From: Nitrospinaceae bacterium
Lineage (GTDB): Bacteria; Nitrospinota; Nitrospinia; Nitrospinales; Nitrospinaceae
Assembly: GCA_965223665.1 (NCBI GenBank)
Contig: OZ245011.1
Location: 800,001 to 864,000 of the forward strand
Length of the DNA stretch: 64,000 nucleotides
Direction: 5' to 3'
The position numbers and the translations under genes are program-made. The notes below the pieces were generated by a model. It saw nothing but the letters and a program-made list of their open reading frames with translations. It had not been told where the DNA came from and searched no databases. Positions 39,839 to 51,158 of the stretch are shown here, in pieces. Position 1 is the stretch's first letter, and the number at the start of each line of letters is the position of its first letter.

Positions 39839-41239
39839 ATGCTTTTTTCAAGCAAAGAGGAAGTAAAAAATCATTTAAATGGAGTAATTGGTTTAACCAA
39901 TGGCAGTGTTAATATTGAAAATGATGACAAACTTCGTGATAGCGGACTTGAAACCTTAGTTGAAAATGCAATTTTTAACAAAAATAAAGAAATTAAAGGA
40001 TATTCGCGTTATGTCATTAAATCTGCTGCGCAACAATTGGGTATAATCCCCTCCTCCATACAGGGCCTTTATGAAGCCCGTGGAGAAGGTAAAAATAAAG
40101 GTTATACCGTTCCAGCACTAAATATTCGTGGCATGTCGTATCAAATGTCCAGGGCTATTTTCAGAACAGCCATGAAAATGAACAGTGGCGCTTTCATCTT
40201 TGAAATAGCAAAATCTGAGATTGGTTACACCCATCAAAGACCCCATGAATTAATTTCTGTCATCTTGGCTGCCGCTATCCAGGAAAAATTTACTGGACCT
40301 GTTTTTGTACAAGGAGATCATTTCCAAATAAATGCGAAGAAATATCACGAAGATAAGGAAAAAGAAGTTTCCCAATTAAAAAGTCTTATAAAGGAAGGCT
40401 TAAGTGCAGGATTTTACAATATCGACATTGATACCTCCACTCTAGTCACTCTGGACCCTGAAGATGTTAATGAACAACAGCGCCTCAATTATGAAGTAGG
40501 TGTAGATTTAACAGGCTACGTAAGAGAATTAGAGCCTGAAGGGGTAACAGTATCCGTTGGTGGAGAAATAGGAGAAGTAGGCAAAGAAAATAGTAATGAA
40601 AAGGAATTGCGGGCCTATATGGATAATTTCAATGACCATCTCGCAAAATTGAACCCAAATTACAAAGGAATCAGTAAAATTTCCGTTCAAACGGGGACAT
40701 CTCATGGGGGAGTCCCTTTACCAGACGGAACAGTTGCAGATGTTAATTTAGATTTTGAGACTCTTGAGCAACTTTCTAAAATTTCTAGAGAAAATTATCA
40801 TTTAGCGGGTGCAGTCCAACATGGAGCTTCCACATTACCCGCCGAACTTTTTAACAAGTTTCCCGAATTGGAAACGGCTGAAATACATTTAGCAACTGAT
40901 TTCCAAAATATGATTTATGGAAGTTCTCATTTTCCGAATTCACTTAAGGATGAAATCTACTCGTATTTACGTGAGACATTTGCAAATGAGCGAAAACCAG
41001 ATATGACCGACGAACAATTCATATACAAAACTCGGAAAAAAGGGTTTGGTAATCCATTTAAACAAAAGTTTTGGAATTTATCGGGTGAAATAAAATCCGA
41101 AATTGAAAAGGAACTCGAAGGGAAATTTCACTTTTTATTTGAAAAACTAAATGCAAAAAATACCGAACAAATTGTAAAAGATTCTGTAAAACCTATGGCA
41201 GTACCCCCTTCACTAAAAGAGGAAATTCAATACGCTTAA
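39839..41239 (+). CDS. Class II fructose-bisphosphate aldolase family protein (long form)
   Basis: VPALN, QGDH, GGEIGEVG, QTGTSHG, VQHGAS, EIHLAT. Confidence 0.85.
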   Translation: MLFSSKEEVKNHLNGVIGLTNGSVNIENDDKLRDSGLETLVENAIFNKNKEIKGYSRYVIKSAAQQLGIIPSSIQGLYEARGEGKNKGYTVPALNIRGMSYQMSRAIFRTAMKMNSGAFIFEIAKSEIGYTHQRPHELISVILAAAIQEKFTGPVFVQGDHFQINAKKYHEDKEKEVSQLKSLIKEGLSAGFYNIDIDTSTLVTLDPEDVNEQQRLNYEVGVDLTGYVRELEPEGVTVSVGGEIGEVGKENSNEKELRAYMDNFNDHLAKLNPNYKGISKISVQTGTSHGGVPLPDGTVADVNLDFETLEQLSKISRENYHLAGAVQHGASTLPAELFNKFPELETAEIHLATDFQNMIYGSSHFPNSLKDEIYSYLRETFANERKPDMTDEQFIYKTRKKGFGNPFKQKFWNLSGEIKSEIEKELEGKFHFLFEKLNAKNTEQIVKDSVKPMAVPPSLKEEIQYA

Positions 41240-41291
41240 CTTAATATTTCACTTTAAATAAAAACACATAAAATTATAAAAAAAATAGTAA

Positions 41292-42818
41292 TTACTCAAG
41301 CCAAACTTTAACAAAACGAACGTTATCCTCCACTTCAAATAGTGTTTGAGGGATAAACCCTGTTTTTCTAACGCGATTCTGAATATCTTCTAAATTAATT
41401 CCTTGGTTACGAATAGTTTCTAATACTGGTGGGTCTATTACTTCCTCTAATTCTTCCACGACTCGACCAGGCATCGTAAGTTCAACTTTATTTCCATTAG
41501 TTTTTTTAACATATACTTTTAAGAATTTAGCAATTTGTTTAAATGTTGAATTACTCTCCCCTAGTTGAGGAAGTTCTATATTTCTGGCTTCTTCAATAAG
41601 GTCCCCGCATTGTTGATTTAGAATGAAGCCCCAAGACAGGGATATGTTTAAACGATTCAATAATTGAGTGAGCCCGTGCAATACCCGCATTAAAAAAATT
41701 AATTCTGGAGGGGCTGCAGACCTAAACCACCATTTTAATTCTCCAACAACTCCCTCAAACCTTTCACTTATTTTCCAATCCCTTGTGTTGTAAGGAGATT
41801 GTAAAATAAATGGATCAAATAAAATTTGTAACAGAGCAGGCAAAACAGGACGCAAATCTCGAAGTTTGTTAATATCAAAACCAAGTAGTGCCAAGCAAGC
41901 CGCTGGATCAATATTATCCCGATTTTGGATACCCGAGATTATTCTAAGTATTCCTAATCTCACCTTATCAGAAACCTGCAACACACTCCCAAAATCATAA
42001 ATAATGACTTTTGGAAGTTCACCTCTTTGAAAAGCAAAATTATTTGGGTTGGGATCACAATGGACAAACCCATGGCGAAACAGCATATGAAAATAGTGAT
42101 TTAAAAGTGCACGCCCAATTCCCTTTCGTTCTACTTCATCAAGCTTTTCTACTTGATCCAAAGATATACCTTTTACAAAAGATTGGACCAAAACCGTTCT
42201 ACGCCCATATTCAAGAAAAACCTCTGGAATGATTATATTCTCCAAAGGTGAACAAAGATTAAAATACTTATTTTGTTGTTGTGCCTCATTCAAGTAATCT
42301 AATTCTTGGGTAAAATTACTATGAAAGGATTCTCTATATCCCTCCAAATTGAAACCCCACTTTGAAACCGGGCCAACTTTGGGCAACCATCCCAAAAGTT
42401 TTAATTCTGTTTCAACAGATTTTCCAATTAAAGGATATTGAACCTTCACCGCAACCTTTTGACCTGATTTTAGTTTTGCAAAATGGACTTGTCCCAATGA
42501 AGCCGGGCAACCTTTTTTTTCAAACGAATTAAACAATGAGTCAATTGATTTATGGTAGGCTTTTTCAATTTGCTCGGCCACCTCTTCATAACTCATTACA
42601 GGGGTAGCCTTTGTCAAGGTTTCATTCAATAATGGATCCTGGCTTTCCAAAGATAAAAATTGACCAACCTTGGTAGGTAAACCGCGGGACTTACCTAAAA
42701 TTTCCATTAGGTACTGTTGAGCTCGGTTTTTTGTTTCCTGGTCCGTACTTCGACGAATTTTCCTTACGGCTTTTCCAATTTTAAAAAGTTGACGTCCTTT
42801 TTTTAAAATTTCTTTCAC
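41292..42818 (-). CDS. ABC1/UbiB (AarF) family atypical kinase
   Basis: KVGQFLS, ASLGQVH, VAVKVQYP, ELDY, HCDPNPNN, YDFG. Confidence 0.9.
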   Translation of the reverse strand: MKEILKKGRQLFKIGKAVRKIRRSTDQETKNRAQQYLMEILGKSRGLPTKVGQFLSLESQDPLLNETLTKATPVMSYEEVAEQIEKAYHKSIDSLFNSFEKKGCPASLGQVHFAKLKSGQKVAVKVQYPLIGKSVETELKLLGWLPKVGPVSKWGFNLEGYRESFHSNFTQELDYLNEAQQQNKYFNLCSPLENIIIPEVFLEYGRRTVLVQSFVKGISLDQVEKLDEVERKGIGRALLNHYFHMLFRHGFVHCDPNPNNFAFQRGELPKVIIYDFGSVLQVSDKVRLGILRIISGIQNRDNIDPAACLALLGFDINKLRDLRPVLPALLQILFDPFILQSPYNTRDWKISERFEGVVGELKWWFRSAAPPELIFLMRVLHGLTQLLNRLNISLSWGFILNQQCGDLIEEARNIELPQLGESNSTFKQIAKFLKVYVKKTNGNKVELTMPGRVVEELEEVIDPPVLETIRNQGINLEDIQNRVRKTGFIPQTLFEVEDNVRFVKVWLE

Positions 42819-45640
42819 GAATCTTTTCCAATTTCCACTCCCGCTTGACGACGATGTCTTTTATTTTTAATAGGACCCAGGGTAGTTGCAACTCCTTCAG
42901 GAACTGCGTCACTATTACTTCTTGATCTCATCAAAAGAACCACTCTTGACGTTAGATTATCTTGAAATATTCTTTTTCCAGCTTTAACTACATCTTCTTT
43001 TTTAATATTCTTCACAACATCGATTAATTTCTTTTTATAGTTGAAATCCCCTTCTTCTTCTGTGGCAAGAAAATAAAGTTCAGCAGAAACTTCCGCAATA
43101 CTGTCTCCTTTTTTATTAAGAGAAACTAGAAGACTCTTCCTGTGTTTTTCAAATTCTTCGTCTGAAAGACTATCAAACAATTGATGCGATTGGCTCATCC
43201 ATTCTTCTATTCTTTTTTTTAATTCAAAGGGACCATAAGTAGCAGACTGAATAATTAGTTTAAAAAATAATCTATCTTCTACACGATTTTGAAAACTCCA
43301 TACAATATATCCTAATTGCTGATTAGTACGCATTTGAGTATAAAAATCTCCCTCCACGATTGAGGCAGCAAGAGAAGCCAAGGCAACATTTTTTAGATCT
43401 TTACTTCCAATTTGAAGCCCATAGTAAACAGCATTATTATTGTCTAAAATTTTCTTAGAAAATAAAATCTTTTCTCCAGGCTCTAACACTTCAACTAATT
43501 CCTGATATCTATCCTTTTCCGGCAAAGGTTCGCTTTGAATTGCGTCCAAAAGGATTTTCAAGCTTTCTCGAGCTTTATCAGCTGTCCAATTTCCATGGAC
43601 CAATCCAGAAATATAAACTCTATCGTATAGGTGCTGTGCGTACATTTTTATATCTTCAAGAGTTACTTGCTCTAAAGCTCCCAGAAGTTCTTCCTCGGTA
43701 TATTGTTTTATCATCCAAATTTGACGACTAAAATAAGCAGCTCGCGAATAAGCCTGACCGAGCTTTCTATTCCTTAAACCACGAACCATGGCTTCTTTAA
43801 TATCCTTAAATTTTTGTTCAGAGATTTCAACTGTCTTTAAATTTTTGGCTACTAAGGAAATTAAATCTGTTACTCGTTGAGAATAACCACCCACCGAAAA
43901 TACCATTCCTTTTTTCTCTATTCCCAGGCCGTAGGATAATCCTGCTAAAGAAATAGGATAAGTAATCTCATTAAGTGATTCATGAAGAGCAGCATCATAC
44001 AGTTTAGATCGCGCTAAATTGTCAACGGTGTCATAGACATGAGGAGTTTCAATTCTGTATTTAATAAAGACTTTGGGTTGTTTAAATTTATTGTCAAATT
44101 GGTACCAAACTTTAGAAATCTTATTATCTTGGATTAAAATTGGTTTTTGTTCTATTAGGGCTAAATTATCCGGGATAAAATCATTTTTATTTGGATAAGT
44201 AAAACCATTAAAGGAAGAAGGCGAAGCCAACTTTTGAAATTGAACTCCCCCAACTTCTTTTAAGGAATATTCCGCACCATAATAGGGATCAGTTTGATCC
44301 GTTTCCAAATTTTTGGAACTTAATACTGCAAGCATATTTTCCGGAGTTAAAGTTTCTAATATTGCAGAATAGGCCTCTGGTTCAAATTTCTTATATAAAT
44401 AAGGAAGTGTTTCCACATCCTTTAATAAATATTTATGCATTAGAGAAGCCTTAGAAGAAACATAACCCATACCTTCTTGAGGACTTTTCCAATCAAAATC
44501 TATTTGCGCCATCACCTGGTTTTCTTTGAAGGTGTAAGGTTGAATACCTGTCTTTTTGATCATTTGAATATAAGCAAATACAATTTCCATAATTCTTTCA
44601 TAATTTTGCAGACCCCTTTGGGTCAAATTTATCGAAATAGTAAAAGAATTAATATTGGGATGACTATATCCACCACCGGCCGATAATCCTAATGCAAGAC
44701 CTTCCTCCTTCAATTTTGATAACAGGGAACCATTTCCTTCATAACCTAATACTGAACCAACAATAGATGCCGGTTTACTTTTCAAATGATTATGCAAATG
44801 AATGGTGGGAAAATTTAAAGTTAAAGAACGAATATCTTTAATCGTTTTTATTTTTAGTAAACGGTACTTATCTTTTAAAGGTTTGCGGTAATCAGAACTG
44901 ATAGGATCTTTTTTGACGGGAAAATCTTGGATGGGGCTAAAATATGTTTTTGCCAATTTCTCCAATTGATCCAATGACAATTTGGACAAAATAGCTAACC
45001 GCATATTGGAAGCAGCATAATAGCGTTTATGGAATTCTAATAATGCAGGTCTATTGTCACCAGATAAAGTTTTTTTATTACCAATATTAAATTTTTTAAT
45101 TGGATGCCCTTCTTCAGAAACCTGGTCTGTAATAAAATTTGACCTCCATCCGTCCTGCATTCTATTCTTATCAAATTCACTGCTTACAGCATTTACTTCT
45201 CTTTCTGCATAATCTTTATCAAATAATGGTGCACGAAAGAAATCACTAAACCTTTGAATTGCCCCTTCAAATCCATCATGACTCACTTGAAAAAAATAAT
45301 TAGTGATATCATCTGCTGTATAAGCATTACTTGCCCCAGAATTGGCATTTAAAAATTCCTTAAAAGACCCCACCTTCGGAAACTTTTCAGTCCCTAAAAA
45401 AAGCATATGTTCTAAATAATGTGCCAACCCTAATTTATCTTTAGGATCATAAAGACTTCCAACACCTACAGCCACTGCTGCAGCACTTCGATCTACTTCC
45501 GGGTCATGCATAAGTAATACTTGCATCCCATTATCCAAAGTGAGTGTTCGTACATCTCTTTTAAATGCAAAAACAGACGAGGATTGAAATATCAGGATAA
45601 ATATTAAAAAGATGCAGCACAGCAAACATCGGTTACGCAC
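42815..45640 (-). CDS. Exported M16A insulinase/pitrilysin-family metallopeptidase
   Basis: Signal peptide, GLAHYLEHMLFLG (HxxEH), NAYT, REVNAVSSE, MRTNQQLGYIV. Confidence 0.93.
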   Translation of the reverse strand: MRNRCLLCCIFLIFILIFQSSSVFAFKRDVRTLTLDNGMQVLLMHDPEVDRSAAAVAVGVGSLYDPKDKLGLAHYLEHMLFLGTEKFPKVGSFKEFLNANSGASNAYTADDITNYFFQVSHDGFEGAIQRFSDFFRAPLFDKDYAEREVNAVSSEFDKNRMQDGWRSNFITDQVSEEGHPIKKFNIGNKKTLSGDNRPALLEFHKRYYAASNMRLAILSKLSLDQLEKLAKTYFSPIQDFPVKKDPISSDYRKPLKDKYRLLKIKTIKDIRSLTLNFPTIHLHNHLKSKPASIVGSVLGYEGNGSLLSKLKEEGLALGLSAGGGYSHPNINSFTISINLTQRGLQNYERIMEIVFAYIQMIKKTGIQPYTFKENQVMAQIDFDWKSPQEGMGYVSSKASLMHKYLLKDVETLPYLYKKFEPEAYSAILETLTPENMLAVLSSKNLETDQTDPYYGAEYSLKEVGGVQFQKLASPSSFNGFTYPNKNDFIPDNLALIEQKPILIQDNKISKVWYQFDNKFKQPKVFIKYRIETPHVYDTVDNLARSKLYDAALHESLNEITYPISLAGLSYGLGIEKKGMVFSVGGYSQRVTDLISLVAKNLKTVEISEQKFKDIKEAMVRGLRNRKLGQAYSRAAYFSRQIWMIKQYTEEELLGALEQVTLEDIKMYAQHLYDRVYISGLVHGNWTADKARESLKILLDAIQSEPLPEKDRYQELVEVLEPGEKILFSKKILDNNNAVYYGLQIGSKDLKNVALASLAASIVEGDFYTQMRTNQQLGYIVWSFQNRVEDRLFFKLIIQSATYGPFELKKRIEEWMSQSHQLFDSLSDEEFEKHRKSLLVSLNKKGDSIAEVSAELYFLATEEEGDFNYKKKLIDVVKNIKKEDVVKAGKRIFQDNLTSRVVLLMRSRSNSDAVPEGVATTLGPIKNKRHRRQAGVEIGKDS

Positions 45641-45780
45641 AAAACACCTCCAAAAAATCTTAAAAGGGGAGAAAATTAAAACTATTTTTACGTTGTATAA
45701 ATTAGGAAAACAAGCAATAAATCTAATTAATATTATACAGAGCTTAAAAAATATAAGAATTAAAAGTTTTTAATTTTGGC

Positions 45781-46683
45781 CTAGTTAGGGTCCCATGCCA
45801 TTAATCCAACCCCTAATACAGTCAAAAAACCAGCTAAAATTCGTTTCTTTCCAAAAGGTTCTCTTAAGCGAAGGACCCCCCAAAGAACAACCATAATAAC
45901 GCTGGTTTGCCGAACTGCTACCACCTGACCTACCGGTTCAAATTGGAGAACAACACAAATCAAACCATAAGAACCTAAAGTTGCTAAACCTGCTATGATT
46001 CCCTTTTTCCAATCAAGTTTCCATTCTGACAAAATTTCGTTTTTAGGGTATCGAGCGAATAAATATACATTACATAGAGTAAACCCAATGAATGACTCTA
46101 AGAAAAAAAATATTATTCCATTTAAAAACTTCTGATCGGGGCTCAAATTAATAAATATTTCCATCCCGCGTTTGTCAACCAAACTATAAGAAACCACTAA
46201 TATCAACGTAATAAATGCCCACCTTAAATCCTTATGTAAAACTGCTTCACCCAAATTTTTAAACCCGCTTATTAAATGACCATCAAAATGCAATATATAG
46301 ACAGCCAATAAAATGGTAACTATGGCTAAAAAGGAAATTATGGTGAGTTGTTCACCTAAGAAAAACCAAGCAAAGGCCGGAACAAAAACTGGAGCAGATC
46401 GAGCAATGGGATACACATAGGAAATATCTTGAGATTCATAGGCCTTGGAAAGGCTCAAAATATAAATTCCATGCAATATTCCCGACCATACAACCCAAAT
46501 ATAAATTTCAGAGGGAATATGGAGATTTTTACTAAACAAAAAGAACAGCAATGCAAAGCCCATAATCCAAATACCTTTCAAACCTGAAAGAAAATTGGAT
46601 TTTCGACTCGTCTGCGTCAACACATTCCAGAGGGCATGGAAGAAACTAGAAAGCAATATTAATCCTATACTACTTAAAGACAA
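45781..46683 (-). CDS. EamA/DMT family transporter
   Basis: About 10 TM; HALWN, DISYVYPIARSAP, AVRQTSV...LREP. Confidence 0.88.
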   Translation of the reverse strand: MSLSSIGLILLSSFFHALWNVLTQTSRKSNFLSGLKGIWIMGFALLFFLFSKNLHIPSEIYIWVVWSGILHGIYILSLSKAYESQDISYVYPIARSAPVFVPAFAWFFLGEQLTIISFLAIVTILLAVYILHFDGHLISGFKNLGEAVLHKDLRWAFITLILVVSYSLVDKRGMEIFINLSPDQKFLNGIIFFFLESFIGFTLCNVYLFARYPKNEILSEWKLDWKKGIIAGLATLGSYGLICVVLQFEPVGQVVAVRQTSVIMVVLWGVLRLREPFGKKRILAGFLTVLGVGLMAWDPN

Positions 46684-46932
46684 TTAAATTAGTACCGATT
46701 TAAATGTTAAATGGATATAAAAAAAACAGAGAATTGATTTATAAAGCTGCTGAGAATAATAGTTACAGATTAAACTGTCAATTACTCAGAAAAAACAAAA
46801 TTTTTTACTTTTCAAATTAATTTAGCAAAAGACCCCATACGTGCATTTGTTTCGAATAATGTTAAAATAATTACTAACTTTAAAAATCGAACTATTCTTT
46901 CTTAAGAATACTTAGATTGTTTCCAACAAAAA

Positions 46933-49900
46933 ATGATCCAAAATCAATTCCAATTATTTCGAACTCCCCGATTTCTTCCTTTATTTATTACTCAATTTTT
47001 GGGAGCATTCAACGATAATGTTTTCAAAAATGCTTTAGTAATTTTAATCACATATGTAGCTGCTGAAAAGGCTGAGCTTAATTCTCAGTTAATGGTGACA
47101 GCCGCTGCTGGTGTTTTTATATTACCCTTTTTCCTTTTTTCAGCAACTGCCGGCCAATTAGCAGACAAACATGAAAAGGTAAGCTTAATTCGAATAATTA
47201 AGTTTATAGAAATTCTATTAATGGCCGGAGCTGTATACGGATTTTATTCTCAGAGCACTTCATTCCTACTAGTAATTCTTTTTTTAATGGGAGCACAATC
47301 CACATTCTTTGGACCTATTAAATATGGAATTCTCCCAGAAAAATTAAAAGAAGACGAGTTAATCAGTGGAAACGCTTTAATCGAGGCGGGTACTTTCGTA
47401 GCAATTTTAGTTGGAACAATTATCGGTGGACTCTTGATACTTAGCAGCTTTGGCGTTGGACTTGTTTCCTTCCTGGTTATATTTGTTGCCATTGGGGGTT
47501 GGGTAAGTAGTTTTTTTATCCCCACAGGTTTAGCTGCAGACCCTTCTCTTAAAGTCGATCATAATATCTTTAGAGAAACCTGGAAAATTGTAAATTATAC
47601 TCGAAATCATCGAGATGTATTTTTGTCTATTCTAGGAATCTCCTGGTTTTGGTTAGTCGGAGCCACTTTTCTTGCTCAATTCCCTACTTACGGAAAAGAA
47701 ATAATTGGCGGAAATGAACAGGTAGTCACACTATTTTTAACTGTTTTTACGGTTGGAATAGGAATTGGTTCATTGCTATGCAACAAATTATTGCGAGGAG
47801 AAATAGTAGCAACATATGTTCCTCTAGGAATATTAGGAATGACCCTATTTACGGTCGACCTTTATTTTGCCAGTAAATACACTTTCACATCCGCGCCTGG
47901 AGAATTAATTGGAGTATTCTCTTTCCTTTCTCATTTAACGAGTTGGAGAATATTAGGAGATCTTTTTCTGATCTCAATTTGTAGTGGAATTTATATTGTT
48001 CCTCTTTATGCCATCATGCAGGCAAGAACAGAACTTAGTCATCGGTCCAGGACTGTAGCCAGCAACAATATTTTAAACGCATTATTCATGGTGGTGTCAG
48101 CAATTGGCACTTCTATAATGTTTATAATGAATTATTCAGTCACCCAGGTATTTTTGACGGTGGCATTTCTAAATGGTTTTGTTGCAATTTATATTTGCAG
48201 ATTATTACCTACGGCTTTAATCAAAACCATTTTTCAATGGATATTTAAAACTTTTTATAAAGTAGAAATTAAAGGCTGGGAAAATTACAAAAAAGTAGAA
48301 AAAGATAAATTAGTCATCGTTGCAAATCATCTTTCATTTTTAGACCCTCCCTTAATAGCATCATTCATATCAGAAACTTTAGTTTTTGCAGTTAATACAC
48401 AAATTGCTAGAAATAAATGGTTAAAACCCTTTTTAAGAATGGCAGAAACATTCGCCTTGGACCCAACCAATCCCCTAGCAACACGAACTTTAATTGAAAA
48501 AATTAGAGACGGAAAAAAAGTAGTCATTTTTCCAGAAGGTAGAATCACTGTAACAGGGTCTCTAATGAAAGTTTATGAAGGACCAGGGATGGTTGCAGAC
48601 AAATCGGGAGCAAAAATTCTACCAATTCGGATAGATGGCGCTCAATATTCTCCTTTTTCCCGTATGAAAGGAAAAGTGCGAATTCGACTTTTTCCAAAAG
48701 TTACTATTTCATTTTTAGAGCCACAAACCTTCAAATTACCAGAAAACGTTAAAGGTAAACAACGTCGCCAAATGGCTGGATCCCAACTGTATGATTTAAT
48801 GGTTAAAATGATTTTTCAATCCAGCAAAGTAAACCAAACACTTTTCGAATCTTTAATTGAAGCAAAATCAATCCATGGTTCTCGTCATTTAATTATCGAA
48901 GATACTGACCGAAAACCCCTGTCCTATTTTCAAGTTATCCTGAAAAGCTTTGTTCTTGGCCAAATCGTTTCTAAGCTCTCTAAACCATGTGAAAATCTGG
49001 GTATTCTTCTACCAAATTCACTAGGAGTTATCATATTATTCTTTTCTATGCAGGCATTTGGTCGAGTTCCAGCCTTACTAAATTTTTCAGTAGGCAAACG
49101 AAATTTATTGTCCGCCTGTAAAACTTCGCAGCTAAAAACAGTTTTTACATCAAGGCGTTTTATTGAACTAGGAAAACTGGAGGAATTAGAAAAAACCATC
49201 ATAGAAAATGATATTCAATTGATATATTTGGAAGACCTCGCTAAGCAAATTAAAATCACTACCAAACTTATTGGATTATTAGGATCCATACTACCCAATA
49301 CATTTTATAATTTTACTGACAAAATTAAGGACCCGGGAAAACCTTCTGTCATCCTTTTTACATCAGGATCGGAAGGAGTACCAAAAGGTGTCGTTTTAAG
49401 CCATTTAAATATTCAAGCCAATCGATGCCAGGCTAGTTCAAGAGTTGACTTTGGGCCATCAGATATTGTATTTAATGCGCTACCAATCTTTCATTCCTTT
49501 GGCTTAACAGGGGGAACTTTGCTTCCTATTTTGGAAGGTGTGAAATCTTTTCACTACCCCTCCCCTCTTCACTATCGAATCATTCCGGAATTATGCTACG
49601 ACGTCGATGCCACCATTATGTTTGGAACAGATACATTTTTAAATGGTTATTCTCGTTACAGTCATCCTTATAATTTTTATAGTCTGCGTTATGTATTTGC
49701 TGGAGCTGAAAAGTTAAAAGATGAAACCAGACGAATTTGGCAAGATAAATTTGGAATTCGCATCTTAGAGGGTTATGGAGCGACTGAAACTGCCCCAATT
49801 CTATCACTTAATACCAAAATGCATTATAAAGCAGGTTCGGTTGGGAGGCTGCTACCCGATATTAATTTCAAATTACAGGAAGTTCCTGGCATTGAGGAAG

Positions 49901-50358
49901 GAGGACGTTTACTTGTTTCTGGTCCCAATATAATGCTTGGTTATTTATTACATGATAAACCAGGCCAACTAATTCCACCTGCCAATGGTTGGTATGATAC
50001 TGGAGATATCGTAGATATTGATGATGAAGGGTTTATCACTATAAAAGGCCGAGCAAAACGTTTTGCAAAAATAGGTGGAGAAATGGTTTCTTTAACTGCA
50101 GTAGAAAATAATATTTCAAAATTGTGGCCCGATTCGCCGCATGCAGTTGTAAGTATCCCCGATGAAAAAAAAGGCGAACAATTAGTTTTGGTAACAGAAT
50201 ATAAAGAGGCCACTCGGGAATCTATTATTGCTCACACTCAAGAAAACGGATTAGGAGAATTAAATATCCCCAAAAAAATTATGATAGTAGATAAACTTCC
50301 TGTTCTTACAACTGGAAAAACAGATTACGTTTCAATCCAAGAGATGGTAGTAAATTAA
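46933..50358 (+). CDS. aas: MFS (LplT)-acyltransferase-acyl-ACP synthetase fusion (Aas-type)
   Basis: TQFLGAFNDNVFKNA MFS, NHLSFLD and FPEGR acyltransferase, FTSGSEGVPKG / EGYGATE / YDTGD AMP-binding domain. Confidence 0.92.
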   Translation: MIQNQFQLFRTPRFLPLFITQFLGAFNDNVFKNALVILITYVAAEKAELNSQLMVTAAAGVFILPFFLFSATAGQLADKHEKVSLIRIIKFIEILLMAGAVYGFYSQSTSFLLVILFLMGAQSTFFGPIKYGILPEKLKEDELISGNALIEAGTFVAILVGTIIGGLLILSSFGVGLVSFLVIFVAIGGWVSSFFIPTGLAADPSLKVDHNIFRETWKIVNYTRNHRDVFLSILGISWFWLVGATFLAQFPTYGKEIIGGNEQVVTLFLTVFTVGIGIGSLLCNKLLRGEIVATYVPLGILGMTLFTVDLYFASKYTFTSAPGELIGVFSFLSHLTSWRILGDLFLISICSGIYIVPLYAIMQARTELSHRSRTVASNNILNALFMVVSAIGTSIMFIMNYSVTQVFLTVAFLNGFVAIYICRLLPTALIKTIFQWIFKTFYKVEIKGWENYKKVEKDKLVIVANHLSFLDPPLIASFISETLVFAVNTQIARNKWLKPFLRMAETFALDPTNPLATRTLIEKIRDGKKVVIFPEGRITVTGSLMKVYEGPGMVADKSGAKILPIRIDGAQYSPFSRMKGKVRIRLFPKVTISFLEPQTFKLPENVKGKQRRQMAGSQLYDLMVKMIFQSSKVNQTLFESLIEAKSIHGSRHLIIEDTDRKPLSYFQVILKSFVLGQIVSKLSKPCENLGILLPNSLGVIILFFSMQAFGRVPALLNFSVGKRNLLSACKTSQLKTVFTSRRFIELGKLEELEKTIIENDIQLIYLEDLAKQIKITTKLIGLLGSILPNTFYNFTDKIKDPGKPSVILFTSGSEGVPKGVVLSHLNIQANRCQASSRVDFGPSDIVFNALPIFHSFGLTGGTLLPILEGVKSFHYPSPLHYRIIPELCYDVDATIMFGTDTFLNGYSRYSHPYNFYSLRYVFAGAEKLKDETRRIWQDKFGIRILEGYGATETAPILSLNTKMHYKAGSVGRLLPDINFKLQEVPGIEEGGRLLVSGPNIMLGYLLHDKPGQLIPPANGWYDTGDIVDIDDEGFITIKGRAKRFAKIGGEMVSLTAVENNISKLWPDSPHAVVSIPDEKKGEQLVLVTEYKEATRESIIAHTQENGLGELNIPKKIMIVDKLPVLTTGKTDYVSIQEMVVN

Positions 50359-50373
50359 TTTAATAGGAACTAT

Positions 50374-51156
50374 TTAGGGGGTTCGTTGAATTATACGACG
50401 GTGAGATATGTAGCGAATCAAACTCCAGGTAGCCGCCGCAGAAAATAAGTGTTTTAGTGTATGTCCGCTTATTATCCCTTGAGTCCAAGAAAAAACTTCC
50501 TTATCAAATGCTTCAAAAACTTTAGCAATCACATATAAAATCAACATTTCGATCACAAATCGGACTCCTGAGTATTTAGGGGGAAATAATATTAGTAATA
50601 ACGGAATTCCAATCATTGGATAAAAAATAACAAAACCATAGAGCCTTAAATCTCCTTCAAAGTTTTTCTCAGTAAAGGCCCAATACCAAACACTAATTAT
50701 TGCCAAAACAACTAAGGGCCATAACAAACGTTTACCAGCATTAACATCGATCCTTTCGGAAATCATCGTACAGAATATTCCCATAAAACCAACGGCAATA
50801 GGTAAGCGATCCCATATTAACGTTTCATTGGTAGGATGATTATGATAATAAGCAGATCCGGGACCCACAAGAGCAATTCCCAGAAATGTCACAACCCATG
50901 AGGAAATTTCTGCTGAGGATTCTATAATTTTTGGATCACTGGAATATCGCCAAATAAGAATCAGTCCCCACAACCCAATGATCAAAAAGGGGAGATTTGA
51001 TAAAACATCCCCAAAATGTGGAATACCCAAAAGTAGCCTTTGGTCAGCAAATTGATGATATTTCAAATCTTGTGGAATGGGTTTTACCAAAAACGCAGTT
51101 ATCAATCCCAATAAGGCTGTACCCAATAAAATATAAACTTTCGTATTTCTAGACAT
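50374..51156 (-). CDS. Ceramidase-domain (CREST-like) membrane protein
   Basis: YHQFAD, DVLSNLPF, GSAYYH, WDRLP, SGHTLKHL; about 7 TM. Confidence 0.8.
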   Translation of the reverse strand: MSRNTKVYILLGTALLGLITAFLVKPIPQDLKYHQFADQRLLLGIPHFGDVLSNLPFLIIGLWGLILIWRYSSDPKIIESSAEISSWVVTFLGIALVGPGSAYYHNHPTNETLIWDRLPIAVGFMGIFCTMISERIDVNAGKRLLWPLVVLAIISVWYWAFTEKNFEGDLRLYGFVIFYPMIGIPLLLILFPPKYSGVRFVIEMLILYVIAKVFEAFDKEVFSWTQGIISGHTLKHLFSAAATWSLIRYISHRRIIQRTP

Positions 51157-51158
51157 AA

